This document shows positions 10,384 to 20,716 of a stretch of DNA of 64,000 nt, piece after piece. The stretch lies in NCBI GenBank assembly GCA_000091205.1, contig AP006497.2; one strand, written 5' to 3'. The notes below the pieces were generated by a model. It ran no database searches and was not told the DNA's origin. It saw nothing but the letters and a program-made list of their open reading frames with translations. The stretch is from Cyanidioschyzon merolae. Its lineage: Eukaryota. Positions within the stretch are counted from its first letter, which is position 1, and every line of letters starts with the position of its first letter. Position numbers and translations under genes: made by a program.

Positions 10384-11760
10384 TTGACCGAGCCTACACG
10401 TGTACCTGTATTAGACTTGTCGCCACGTTCTATGCGAAAACGAGTTATCGCTGAGACCGCTCCTGGAGAAGAGGAGCTGGCGGATCAGGTCATTCGTATA
10501 AAAGCGAATGATGTCGATTCGGGGCTCGCTGCACTCAAAAGCTGTGCGCTCCCTGCACTGAGTCGGGCGGAAAGTCTCCAGCGTTATTACGCAGAGTGGT
10601 TCCCGGCTACGGTTTTGGCACAGTGGCTTGCTGGCCGTCCAGGGGCTGAAGGCGAAGACCTACTTTCACGTCGGGAGTTCAGTTGCGAGGCGGATGACGG
10701 AAGCGGAGGCGAGAAGAGGATTCGCTACCTTGCCTATCAGGATGCTGCTGGACTGCGTGCCGAATTCTTGCGACTGCTTCCGCTCCGGTACGATATAGGA
10801 CCTGTGTATGATGCGAGTCCCAGAGATAGGTACCGACGTATAAATAAACTGGAACCCGTAGAGCGCGAACTGGTCTTCGACGTGGATCTCGATGTGTACG
10901 AGTCTGTCAGTGCGCTAGGTCAGTCAGAGCCGGCAGGTGCCGCTGCGAACTTTGCTGACGACCCTCTGCGGGCGTGTGCCGATAACTGGCTATTTGTTGA
11001 GGCGGCTGTGACGGTTATGGAACAAGCGCTTCGCGAAGACTTCGGATATGAACACGTTCTTTGGGTTTTTTCGGGACGGCGTGGTGTCCACGCCTGGGTG
11101 TGCGATACGCGGGCCCGGCAGCTGACCGATGAAGCTCGTGCCGCTATCGTGGAATACCTACAGTATCGCGGGATATCCGCCGTTTCGAACCGCTCGTCTC
11201 TATCATCTACCTTCAACAGAACTGCGACAACATTCCTGCACCCGGCGCTTCGGAGGGCTGCAACAATCCTGCTACCATTCATGGACAGGTTTCTTGAAGA
11301 GCGGCCGTCGATTTGGGCGGACGAAGGCGCCATGGACACTGTCTTGGGCATGTGTCCCGATGCTCAGGTACGAGAGACGCTCCGTCGCTTTATTCAGCGT
11401 TCCCATACGAGAGAATCTGCTGCCGCCGTCTGGCGCCTGGCGTTGGAGCAACTCGACAGCAAGCGCCTGGATACGGATGCCGCCATGCATATCGTGCTAG
11501 GATTGCTCTACCCACGCCTGGATGTGAACGTAACCCGACAACGAAATCATCTGCTCAAAGGCCCGTTTAGTATCCATCCGAAAACGAACGCGATTTGTGT
11601 CCCGTTCAGAGCCGACCAGGTCTCCAAGTTCCGACCAGAACGTGATGTGCCGCGGCTTGTACCCCTGGTGACGGGCGACGCGAAAGCGCAGAAACAGCTA
11701 CGCGCCGCCCTGGATATCATGGAAGCCTTTGTAACGGAGTTATACCGCGCTGATACGTAA
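10384..11760 (+). CDS. PRI1: DNA primase small (catalytic) subunit, Prim1/Pri1 type
   Basis: LQRYYAEWFP…WL at the N-terminus, catalytic LVFDVDLD, and SGRRGVHAWVCD motifs of eukaryotic/archaeal PriS. 458 aa, single ORF. Confidence 0.85.
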   Translation: MTEPTRVPVLDLSPRSMRKRVIAETAPGEEELADQVIRIKANDVDSGLAALKSCALPALSRAESLQRYYAEWFPATVLAQWLAGRPGAEGEDLLSRREFSCEADDGSGGEKRIRYLAYQDAAGLRAEFLRLLPLRYDIGPVYDASPRDRYRRINKLEPVERELVFDVDLDVYESVSALGQSEPAGAAANFADDPLRACADNWLFVEAAVTVMEQALREDFGYEHVLWVFSGRRGVHAWVCDTRARQLTDEARAAIVEYLQYRGISAVSNRSSLSSTFNRTATTFLHPALRRAATILLPFMDRFLEERPSIWADEGAMDTVLGMCPDAQVRETLRRFIQRSHTRESAAAVWRLALEQLDSKRLDTDAAMHIVLGLLYPRLDVNVTRQRNHLLKGPFSIHPKTNAICVPFRADQVSKFRPERDVPRLVPLVTGDAKAQKQLRAALDIMEAFVTELYRADT

Positions 11761-11812
11761 GATCCCTCTATCCTACTCTATAGACCTTGGGGTGCGCACC
11801 TGGACATCCGCC

Positions 11813-13126
11813 TCAGACGTTTTCCGGATGAAATTTGAGCAGCACGCCATCAGCACCCAAGACAAATCCTCGCTGCGAGCCGAAAAATTTGATCTTATAA
11901 AGATTGGCGCCTACTTTGCTCACAAGCGGATCGCGTCGCCATGTTTTGCCGCCATCATCGCTGCGGTACATGCTTCCACCACCAACCGCTGCCCAGACGT
12001 GCCGATCGTCCTGAAAAGCGACATCCAGGATACCGTAGCCACCAGTCTTAGAATCGACCATATCGAAGGCAATCGTCTCAGTTGAATTCAGGTTCACGTT
12101 CGGCTTGGTGAACCCCAGACCGCCGCCCCTGATCGTTTCCCAAATACCTTTGGTAGCGTCATTCTGAATGAAGCCGATTGCGCTGATGCGTCGCGAAGTG
12201 GATCGAGCGTGAGGCGTCCAAAAATCGGATCCCGGCACCCAGGTGAGGAAAAAGTTACCCCTTGAAGGTATCGCGATATAATTCCCGTGAACATCGCGCG
12301 ACACGGAAACGATGCTGCCGGTGAAATAGCTCGCTCCGGTGATACCAGAGGAGATCGTTCGATTCAAGGTAGCATCAATAGTCTCCCGTACCAGCGCCTT
12401 CCAATTGATACCACCATTTTCCGTCACGTAGATGGCACCCGAGCTGGTCACCATTTCAGCGCAGTTCGGACCGAGCGCAGTAACCAGCAGTGGCTCTCCG
12501 GGTAGCTTTGGAGAGAGGAGAATACGTGACCAGTTTTTGCCCCCGTCGGTCGAACGCAACATAACCGGAGGCTTACCTATGACCCAGGCCTCATCTCCAC
12601 TGAAACTCACGTTCGAGAAACGGTAGTTCAGCTCCTCCTCACGCTCGACGTCCTCGAAAGCGCGCGGTTCCCAGGTCTCGCCTCCGTCACGCGTTTCGAG
12701 GACCAGGCCACGAGTCCCTACAAGCCAGCCGTGATTAGGATCCTTCTGGCTGAAGTCTATGTCGAAGAGCACACTCTCCGTCGGCAGCGGCACCTGTTTC
12801 CAGGCGGCGCCTCGCACGGTCTCAGCGAGCGGTGCCGCAACTAGCGCTCCGCTGCGCGGCAAAGCAACAGCTAGCGCGCCAAGAGCTAGGTGATGCAAAA
12901 GTGCTCGTCGCGAAACGCTGAATCCAAGCTGAGACTCAACAACAGTTTCCGTATAGGCGTGTACGCGCTCGCCGTCGCTCATGCAGATACGCCACCGCTG
13001 ACGGTCCCCGCTAGCTCTCTCTGCTGCTGACCTGCTTCGCAGTACCTCCGCGTTACGACACCTGCTTTTGCTGCCGTGTGCCAGCAAGCCAGCAACGTTC
13101 GTGAACGCTACAGATACTGACGTCAT
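11813..13126 (-). CDS. HCF136: Photosystem II stability/assembly factor HCF136 (Ycf48), plastid-targeted
   Basis: The mature part (WKQVPLPTESVLFDIDF…DPNHGWLVGTRGLVLETRDGGETW… repeated DGG(K/E)TW/NW β-propeller blades …GVLLKF) matches Ycf48/HCF136 across the full length. It is preceded by an RR-containing hydrophobic lumen-targeting signal (SRRALLHHLALGALAVALP…A) and an S/T/R-rich transit-like region. The start is tentatively the ATG at 13124-13126 (MTSVSVAF…); the ORF runs to 13345. Confidence 0.8.
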   Translation of the reverse strand: MTSVSVAFTNVAGLLAHGSKSRCRNAEVLRSRSAAERASGDRQRWRICMSDGERVHAYTETVVESQLGFSVSRRALLHHLALGALAVALPRSGALVAAPLAETVRGAAWKQVPLPTESVLFDIDFSQKDPNHGWLVGTRGLVLETRDGGETWEPRAFEDVEREEELNYRFSNVSFSGDEAWVIGKPPVMLRSTDGGKNWSRILLSPKLPGEPLLVTALGPNCAEMVTSSGAIYVTENGGINWKALVRETIDATLNRTISSGITGASYFTGSIVSVSRDVHGNYIAIPSRGNFFLTWVPGSDFWTPHARSTSRRISAIGFIQNDATKGIWETIRGGGLGFTKPNVNLNSTETIAFDMVDSKTGGYGILDVAFQDDRHVWAAVGGGSMYRSDDGGKTWRRDPLVSKVGANLYKIKFFGSQRGFVLGADGVLLKFHPENV

Positions 13127-13990
13127 CGCCCAATATATCCTGATCAGAGGCCCTTCTAACCACTCACCACCACCGTCCCCTAGGTCGCACAGTGCTTCTA
13201 GTGATGCGATGCAGTACAAGATGCTGGCAGCGATGTGGGCGTGAGCGCTGCGGCTTCGCAGATCGCCGCCGCTGTCGCCGCGGATGCAGCGCATCGAGGA
13301 GCCTCTGCGGCGGTGCGTTGCTAAAGTGTGAAGCGACCTGTGCATCGTCGGAGTAGGTGCAGGAGTAGGTATAGGTGTAGAGGTAGGGGGTAGGAGTCAG
13401 TTGCGTCTGGGATAGACTTGACGACATCCACTGCGTCGCTGGATCTAGCCATTATGTCTGCGAGGAACTCTTCTCTGGGATATTGAGATGCACAGGCGCG
13501 TTTCTGGGGCGATCCAAGTCTCTTTCCAGCTCTGCTGAGGCAGCGGATGCACCTCGCGGCGGTATCTGGTTCGATGCATCGATCTGACGGCATGGGAAGA
13601 CTTGCGTGGCCGGTGTCTGCTGAGCCTCGGAATTTTTGGCGGGTCTCGGGGCCAACGTTGCCTCCTGCATGGTTTGGAATCGAAGGTAATTGCGACGCTT
13701 TGCGCATGGTCACGTGGATTAGTTCGCTGGGGCATGGCTATTGCCTCTCGTTCAGACACGCGTATATGGACCGCTTTGCAGGGTGTGCCTGCGTGAAGTA
13801 GACGCTGGACCAATCGGGGGATCCTCCAAGCGTCGAGCCTCTGATATTCGCAGCTGTACTGGCGCTTATGGGGCGTCGACTCGCTTCAAGCTATTGGATC
13901 CGATTTTTCTCCCGAGCGATCGGATGATTGATACTTCCTGTCAGACACACTCGAGTACGCAAATGCTACCAGTAACCGGGACGTCAGCGC

Positions 13991-14220
13991 CCATTCCCCC
14001 AGGGAGAGAGGCTCTCACGCTGGACCAGTCCCAGTCCAGCTTGCTCGTATGAAGTAGAGGTATGACTCTTCCCGTCTACATGACGCTCGACCAGTAACCA
14101 GAGCCTCAACGTCCATTTCCCCAGAGAGGGAGGGAGAGACTCTGACGCTGGACCAGTCCCAGTCCAGCATGCTCGTATGAAGTAGAGATATGACCGTTCC
14201 CGTCGACACGACGCTCGACT
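13991..14220. repeat. Tandem duplication, two copies of about 120 bp, in the HCF136/Mg-transporter intergenic region
   Basis: ccccagggagagaggctctcacgctggaccagtcccagtccagcttgctcgtatgaagtagaggtatgac… is repeated about 122 bp downstream with roughly 90 % identity. Confidence 0.85.
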
Positions 14221-14506
14221 TGCTGCCTGCTGACGCTTCCTGCTGTATATGATGCGAACGCATCTCGGAGGCGACATCGCATTTAGCACCCAATTTTGGC
14301 GAACGGAGCATCGCGGCGGAATGCACGCTGCGCTCTCACCAGCCCTGCTCTAGCCGTACGTGTGGGGCGGCGAGGTGTCGAACGCTGTGACGTGGAGAGC
14401 GCTGGGCATATCGCTTGATAGGGCGTCATATCCGGAAAAGCGATGCGGTTGCTGTACAGTGGCTTTGTGTAAACGCTTGATAGCGTTGTTTCTTGCTGGA
14501 AGTACA

Positions 14507-14532
14507 GCTTGCTTGCTTGCTTGCTTGCTTGC
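14507..14532. repeat. (GCTT)n microsatellite
   Basis: gcttgcttgcttgcttgcttgcttgcc. Confidence 0.9.
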
Positions 14533-14847
14533 CTGCAGGTGCTCCACGAGAGACTGAGCACGCTCACGTCGTTACCCGGGTATAGCGTTGCGGTAGCTGC
14601 TGACTTTGTCCTGGAAGCCTGGATTTTGTGCGCGTTTCTAGTGATCGCGCGCTCGTTGGTACAGAAATCTTGTCAATCTGTGCTGTCTAAGTGTGCATTA
14701 ATCACGCCTTGGTCGCAAGGGTTTGGGCTTGAACAAGGAAGCGCGGACGCTGGGGTTTGCGCCACAGTTCTCGGTGGGGGACACGCTTGCGGTGCTTGAC
14801 AGCCGCACCTACACAGTAGAGAAGCGATTGATGCTCTTTCGCCGAAC

Positions 14848-16215
14848 ATGGCCGCTTACGTTTGGCGCTGTAAATTTGAGAGGTTTCCGTTTCGGAGCCT
14901 TCGGGAATGCCTCGATGAGGACAGCGGGAGCTGTACGTGTTGCTTTCGACGCTGGAGCTCGAGTGCTGAGTACTCGAGCGGCAGAGAGAGTTTTTCGGAA
15001 GATTGGAAAGACCGTACACGTGATGCATCGGAGTTGACGGGAAAGCGGAAGTACCCACGCGAGGCGCAGCCTGTTCGGATATGGACCAATCCCCGAGAAT
15101 ACGCGTTTTCAGAGTCATGGCTATCCAGCGATAGTGCCTTCGACTTGATTGCTATGGATGCGCAAGGGCGCCTAAGCACGTACCACTGGCACCGACGTCG
15201 GCTCCTACATGAGCTAAGTACGAACAGCTCAAGCACGCGACGAGCATCATTTACTGAAGCCGATTCCCGCAGCTCACCGGTACCGCATTCACAGTCGGAC
15301 TGGGAAAGCAGAGCCGCAATCTTGCAGTCACGTGATTTGCGGTTGCTGAATCCGATCTATCGAGACCAACCCGTATTTTTGATGCGTTCTGACCTGATTT
15401 TAGCTGCACTAGATCGTCATGTGTTGGCAATCATGCAACCAGGCAGACTTTTCCTGCAGCAACTAGCGTGCCCCGAATCGAAGTCTCTGAATGACCGCCT
15501 GATTCAGTGGATCCGCGTACGGCTGAGTGAGCACGGCAATGCATTCGAAGTGGTCGCTCTCGAAGCTCTGTTGGTGCTTGCCCACGAAACCCTCGCGCGA
15601 CGAGCGAATGTGGTCAAACTGGCACTTGAGGAGCGTCTTGCACCGTTCGCGAGTCACCCGAACAAGCGCTTACTCGAGGAAATCCGCGTGTTGAAACGTG
15701 AACTCGCCTCTGTGGCTACCGAGGCGCAAAACTACAGTGCCGCGTTGGAACGCGTGCTCGGTGACGATTTGCCGTGGCATATCGCTGAAATGACGCTTGT
15801 AGTGGCGTCATCTGGCGATATGCTGACAACGAGTAGCGATCTGGAATCGCTTTTGGAGAGCAGTATGCAAAAGTTTCGGGGCTGGAGCCGCCTCGCAAAC
15901 GAGTTATGCCATCGGGTCGGGAATGCGGAGCAGATTATTGAGTTGAGTTTAGCAGTCACGCAGATGCGCCTATGGTCGTTCGATGCCCTACTTCACCTCG
16001 TTACCGTGTCAGCGTTCCTGATAATGATTCCACCCGATTATTTCGGGATGAGCATCTGGATTCCGGTCTATGATCGTGTAGATATCTACTGGCCGTGGCT
16101 TCTTACTACGTTCCTTTTAATGTTGCTCAGTTTCGGATTCCTCGGGACTGGAATTTGGATACTTCGCAGAAAGAAGCTCCTGTTCCCTTTATTTAAATCG
16201 CGGGTAGATCATTAG
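14848..16215 (+). CDS. CorA/Mrs2-family magnesium channel with a GMS selectivity motif in place of GMN
   Basis: The C-terminus has the family architecture: an amphipathic helix, then TM1 ending …IMIPPDYFGMSIWIPVYD, a short loop, TM2 (WLLTTFLLMLLSFGFLGTGIWIL), and a basic tail RRKKLL. Compare plant MGT/Mrs2 …FGMNIPY. The Ser codon is AGC at 16051-16053. The N-terminal boundary is uncertain. Confidence 0.6.
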   Translation: MAAYVWRCKFERFPFRSLRECLDEDSGSCTCCFRRWSSSAEYSSGRESFSEDWKDRTRDASELTGKRKYPREAQPVRIWTNPREYAFSESWLSSDSAFDLIAMDAQGRLSTYHWHRRRLLHELSTNSSSTRRASFTEADSRSSPVPHSQSDWESRAAILQSRDLRLLNPIYRDQPVFLMRSDLILAALDRHVLAIMQPGRLFLQQLACPESKSLNDRLIQWIRVRLSEHGNAFEVVALEALLVLAHETLARRANVVKLALEERLAPFASHPNKRLLEEIRVLKRELASVATEAQNYSAALERVLGDDLPWHIAEMTLVVASSGDMLTTSSDLESLLESSMQKFRGWSRLANELCHRVGNAEQIIELSLAVTQMRLWSFDALLHLVTVSAFLIMIPPDYFGMSIWIPVYDRVDIYWPWLLTTFLLMLLSFGFLGTGIWILRRKKLLFPLFKSRVDH

Positions 16216-17319
16216 GGTTCAGGGTTGATCGCAGCGCCGAGACGCTGTTGACGTAAAGCGCGTAGCAACTGGCTGCGGTGCATTGCACGAAACCTGGAGA
16301 TTGATATCAAGTGCGTATCATCTGGGTGCTGTGTTCGCTTGAAACCGATCCCGCTACGCTGGAGCGCTCACCGTCGGGACGTTAGGCTCTCCAGGATATG
16401 CACATCACAGATCTCGTGGCCTGATAGCGATCGCTTTCACAAGTGGTGGCGCGCACCAGCCGACCATTTTCTTCGGTGTAAGATCCAAAAACCAAACCGG
16501 GATCTCCCCGAATGCACCACAGCATTCGCCAATGCGGGAATCGAACATCGCTCCACTCCATATAGCGTTATGTTTCAGAAAGCCCGGACCGGCTTTCACA
16601 AATCCATACCCCAAAGGAAGTTGCACTAGGGCGACACTGCGGCGACCGAGTACCTGGCGCGTCATCTTTATTCATGAGGTCGCAGCGTGCCATCGGACGG
16701 TTGCGTGTGGGTGATCCCGCTGACCTCTCATTGCAGTTTGCGTATGCGAGAAAGTCGCTTTCTGGAGTTGACCGCATACCCCTTGCAGGATGATGCGCCG
16801 CATCATCAACATATGGGGCTGGTTCCGCGGTGCAATGATGACTCGAAACCTATCGAGTAGGGCAGGAGGTATGCCCACCAGCCCCAGAAACAAGCCAGTA
16901 TGCCACATGCATGTTCTCTCCAGCGAATAGATCCCTTGCTGGAAAGTCGCCAGATAAGGATACGGCAAAGCCAAGGTTGCTTGTGGAGGCAGCGCACCAT
17001 TTCCAAACTTCTCGAGCAGAAGAGCGGTGGCGGACCTCGTCCATGCGTCCACGGTAACTTATGCTGTATCGCATTCGATGCTCTGAACGAGCGGACCAGT
17101 TTGACCAGTGGGAGCACTCCAGCTCCAAATGAATGCAGATAGTGTTTTGGCCCCGTGGCCTGGCATCACCACACGCGGACTTCATCAAGACACGGCACAA
17201 ACGAGCGGCAACATCCAGAACAATGCATTTCCGCTCCGGAATGCTGGTGAGAAACCGCCATGACGGACAATCGAAAGCCCGACATTCTATTGCGTCTAAC
17301 ACATTTACGATCATGCGCC

Positions 17320-17670
17320 ACCCAAGTACGCGCACAGTCGTCCATGCAGTGTTCAGCACCTGGAGCGAACGCAGCAAATGAGACTCCAGCGCAAGTCACA
17401 TACACTAGTACGCGCACAGTGGTCCATGCAGTGTTCAGCGCTTGGAGCGAACGCAGCAAATGAGACTCCTGCGCAAGTCACATACACTAGTACGCGCACA
17501 GTGGTCCATGCAGTGTTCAGCGCTTGGAGCGAACGCAGCAAATGAGACTCCTGCGCAAGTCACATACACCAGTACGCGCACAGTGGTCCATGCAGTGTTC
17601 AGCGCTTGGAGCGAACGCAGCAAATGAGACTCCTGCGCAAGTCAGATACACAAGTAGGCACATGTAAGCG
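17320..17670. repeat. 82-bp minisatellite, about 4.3 copies
   Basis: The unit agtacgcgcacagtggtccatgcagtgttcagcgcttggagcgaacgcagcaaatgagactcctgcgcaagtcacatacact repeats with period 82, with starts near 17325, 17407, 17489 and 17571. The last copy is degenerate. This explains the repeated MLRSLQALNTAW… antisense ORFs. Confidence 0.9.
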
Positions 17671-17998
17671 CGCGTCCATCGGATCGCTTGACGCGTTATG
17701 GGCGCACCCTGCCGTTCCGTCCGCATAGACACGTTCATGATCTCGACGTTGGAGATAAGTTGAACAAAGGCCCATATTTCTGGACTATCCCCACGGCGCC
17801 TACTCCAGATCTTGCAAAGCACACGGGCGCGAGGGTCTCGGGTTCCGCGCAGTGCACCCGGCGACGCGGGGGTTGCATGTCCATCGAGACATATTTGTAC
17901 AACTGTGGAGGTGCATCCCAGCGCCTCGATGGGCGCACGCTGTATCGAGTCAACAGGCTTTTATTCTCTAGTATTGGTGTGCGCTACCGCGTGCCCTT

Positions 17999-20716
17999 GT
18001 GCAAACGCGCACGTTGGTGAACACTATGGAAAAATTTGCGGATAATATTCCTGAAGAGGACCTGTCAGCCCTGGTGGAACTGGTTGAGGAGGGTGAAATC
18101 ACGTCGGAGGAGTTGGTGCAGCAACTGCAGCGCGCAGACTTGGGTGACCTCTCAGCGGAAGACGTCTACGAGCGCGTTTCGCGCTGGTTGGAGCGCCAGG
18201 ATCTCGCCGAAAACGTGCACGAATCTGTGGGTAGCGATGAGCCGGTTGAAGCACAGCCAGCTCCACAGATCGAGACTGACGTCAGGTCGGGTGAGGCACC
18301 GCGTGCCGTGACATCGAGTGCAACTAGTGACGCGCTGCTCGTGAGCCTTCTCCAAAAGGTACGCCAGCGACAACGCTTCTACGCTTCGCAGGCGGAACGG
18401 GTTGGTGCGGAGCTCAAACGCCTGCGCCGCCTTCTCCTCGACGAGCTGCGGCCGGGTTTGGAGGCGATTCACTCGGAAGCTCTAGATCGCCTTACAGAGT
18501 TGGCTGGTGATATCGGGGAACTTCGCTCGATACGCGATGAACTGCTCCAGCGTCGGGAAGAACGTTTACGAGAGCAGCTTGCAAGCGCTTCTGCAATGGC
18601 GAATACGCTCGAGAATGAACTGACCGAAGCGCTTAAGGAGGACGACGGCGAACGTGCTGCAAATTGCATGCTGCGTATCGAGGCGCTGTCGCAGGAAATC
18701 GAGGAGACACTAGGGCTGTCGCCTGGACAGATTGCAAAGGCCCGGCGGATGGCTCTCGAGCGCTACCGCACCTGGGTCTATAAGAGATGTGGAGCGTACC
18801 TCAATCGTCTGGGTCCGTGGCCGTCTAATCCGGACGCTGCTTTTTTGCGCAGACTGGAGGCGAGTGAGATCGCTGCTCGAATTCGAGCTTTAGCACAGCA
18901 GTCTGTGCGCGTGTTCCGGGGTCCAGATGCTGCCGGTTTCTACGGAGGCACGCTTAACGAAGAGGATGACCGCCGGAGTGCAACTAGTGAGTACAGTGGT
19001 TCCACCGCACATCGAGCTTCTGGACGCGATCGTCGCTACTTCGAGCACTGCTTCCTGCAGACCCAGGTAGCTGCGTTTGAAAAGGCGTTTCGCGAGGCCA
19101 TTCGCGCACCACCCGTACAAGCGAGCTCGGAGTCCAAGTTGTCTGTTGAGCAAGGAGCCCAGAAAGTTTCAAGCCAAGTCAGCGAGACAACGCCCAGCAG
19201 AGCAGTAATCGATTTCGCTGTTCACTATTTGAAAGAGTTTGCTGAGCGTTATCGACCGCTTTTGCGAGTCGTGTTTGATGGCATGGACGAAGACGTAGAT
19301 TTATTGGTCGAGTCCATGGTTCATGAGTTCATGGCGACCATCGCTGAAGTTGTATTTGCAGAGTTGGAGAACCGTTACAGTTTCGGTGAGGCCGAAGAGG
19401 ATAACGCGCGCCCAGCTTCAGGAATCTCGCACCTCTACGCGCATACATTGCAGCTGGTTGACGCGTTGGTAACGTTTGATCGAGATATGGCGTTGATAAT
19501 TGTCTCGGAGAATCACTCCTTAATGCATTCCTGGATGGAGGCGGAATTCCAAAGCGCGCTAAACAGGTTCGAAACCGCGCTGCGAACTCCTGGCGCTCTC
19601 GGTATCGTGATCCCCGGAACTGCAGCCTCCAGCGACCAACTTGACCTGCTCACCAAGGGTCGAGCCATTCTGGATTCATTTGCAGGTCATCAAAACCGCG
19701 CAACGACCGCTGCAGCGCTGCAGCTGGATGCCCTTCAACAGGCATCTCTAATCGGAGAAACGCTGCATTCCTTGGCGACCAGATGTCGAGCATTACCGCC
19801 ACATCCTCACCGTGCCCGTTACCGTTTTGCACAGTCTGTGATCGCTCCTCTTATCGGGTGGATCATGGCACAAATTCATTACCTGATGACCGAGACTGAA
19901 GCGCAATGTGCGACAAGTCTTCAAGCATCCATGCATGCAAGCGGGGCGCCCTCGGCGGAACGCTTCAAAGACTGTTACCTTTTGAGTGCGGATGCCTTGT
20001 ATCGGACGCTTTCCTATGCGGCGGCTGCCTACTTGCTTGCCGAGGATATTCGCCAACGAGTCGAAATATACCTCTACGAATTGGAGTTCAGCAACGCACC
20101 CGATCAAGGACCCGACAGCGAGCTCGAGTCCGAGAATGAGCAGAGCGCGCGCAGTGACGTGGTTGGCGCAGGCAATCCCTACGACGCCATCACCGCTGAG
20201 GTGACTGCTTTGCGCAAACTCTCAAGCAAAGCACTCGCTTCGTATGCTGACACGGTCACTGATATGCTAGCACCGTGCTTCCTTGAAGCTGACGCCGATG
20301 CGTCTCTAGCGACGCCGGCGCTGGTTGCGGCAGCGATGAGTACCATCCAGGATCTTGTTGCTTTGAGCGAGCTTCTCCTGCGTGGACACAGAACGCTGCT
20401 TCTCTGGCTATGGGCACCGTTCTTCCTTCAGCTCGATGCGAAATTGGCGATGTTCATTGCCCAGTGGCGACAGCAGCTGCAGGAGGCGAACGAAGCATCG
20501 CAGCCATTGCACAGCGCACGCGCGCACCACGAGTCAGAGGCACGTTCCATGCAGCAGAGTTTTGGCGCCTCCAAGCATACAGCACTTCCTATCCAAGCGG
20601 GTACTGTGCAGCAGCTTGCTGATTTTGCTGCTGCACATTTCCAGCTACGCCACACGCCACTGCATCAGACCCGCTTGGCACTTGAGCATATGCTCCAGTT
20701 CAGCGCTTCGGAGTGA
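17999..20716 (+). CDS. Large coiled-coil/α-helical hypothetical protein (905 aa); possibly a vesicle-tethering (CATCHR-like) complex subunit, not assignable
   Basis: Uninterrupted 2.7-kb ORF with protein-like composition, an acidic N-terminus, and predicted coiled-coil stretches (…RRLLLDELRPGLEAIHSEALDRLTELAGDIGELRSIRDELLQRREERLREQL…). It ends at a TGA that is followed in frame by another 172 protein-like codons (see findings). Confidence 0.55.
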   Translation: MQTRTLVNTMEKFADNIPEEDLSALVELVEEGEITSEELVQQLQRADLGDLSAEDVYERVSRWLERQDLAENVHESVGSDEPVEAQPAPQIETDVRSGEAPRAVTSSATSDALLVSLLQKVRQRQRFYASQAERVGAELKRLRRLLLDELRPGLEAIHSEALDRLTELAGDIGELRSIRDELLQRREERLREQLASASAMANTLENELTEALKEDDGERAANCMLRIEALSQEIEETLGLSPGQIAKARRMALERYRTWVYKRCGAYLNRLGPWPSNPDAAFLRRLEASEIAARIRALAQQSVRVFRGPDAAGFYGGTLNEEDDRRSATSEYSGSTAHRASGRDRRYFEHCFLQTQVAAFEKAFREAIRAPPVQASSESKLSVEQGAQKVSSQVSETTPSRAVIDFAVHYLKEFAERYRPLLRVVFDGMDEDVDLLVESMVHEFMATIAEVVFAELENRYSFGEAEEDNARPASGISHLYAHTLQLVDALVTFDRDMALIIVSENHSLMHSWMEAEFQSALNRFETALRTPGALGIVIPGTAASSDQLDLLTKGRAILDSFAGHQNRATTAAALQLDALQQASLIGETLHSLATRCRALPPHPHRARYRFAQSVIAPLIGWIMAQIHYLMTETEAQCATSLQASMHASGAPSAERFKDCYLLSADALYRTLSYAAAAYLLAEDIRQRVEIYLYELEFSNAPDQGPDSELESENEQSARSDVVGAGNPYDAITAEVTALRKLSSKALASYADTVTDMLAPCFLEADADASLATPALVAAAMSTIQDLVALSELLLRGHRTLLLWLWAPFFLQLDAKLAMFIAQWRQQLQEANEASQPLHSARAHHESEARSMQQSFGASKHTALPIQAGTVQQLADFAAAHFQLRHTPLHQTRLALEHMLQFSASE

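Noticed and set aside
17166-17822. Repeated minus-strand ORFs MLRSLQALNTAWTTVRVLVYVTCAGVSFAAFAP…
   Set aside because: Artefact of the 82-bp tandem repeat. Identical peptides come from successive repeat copies.
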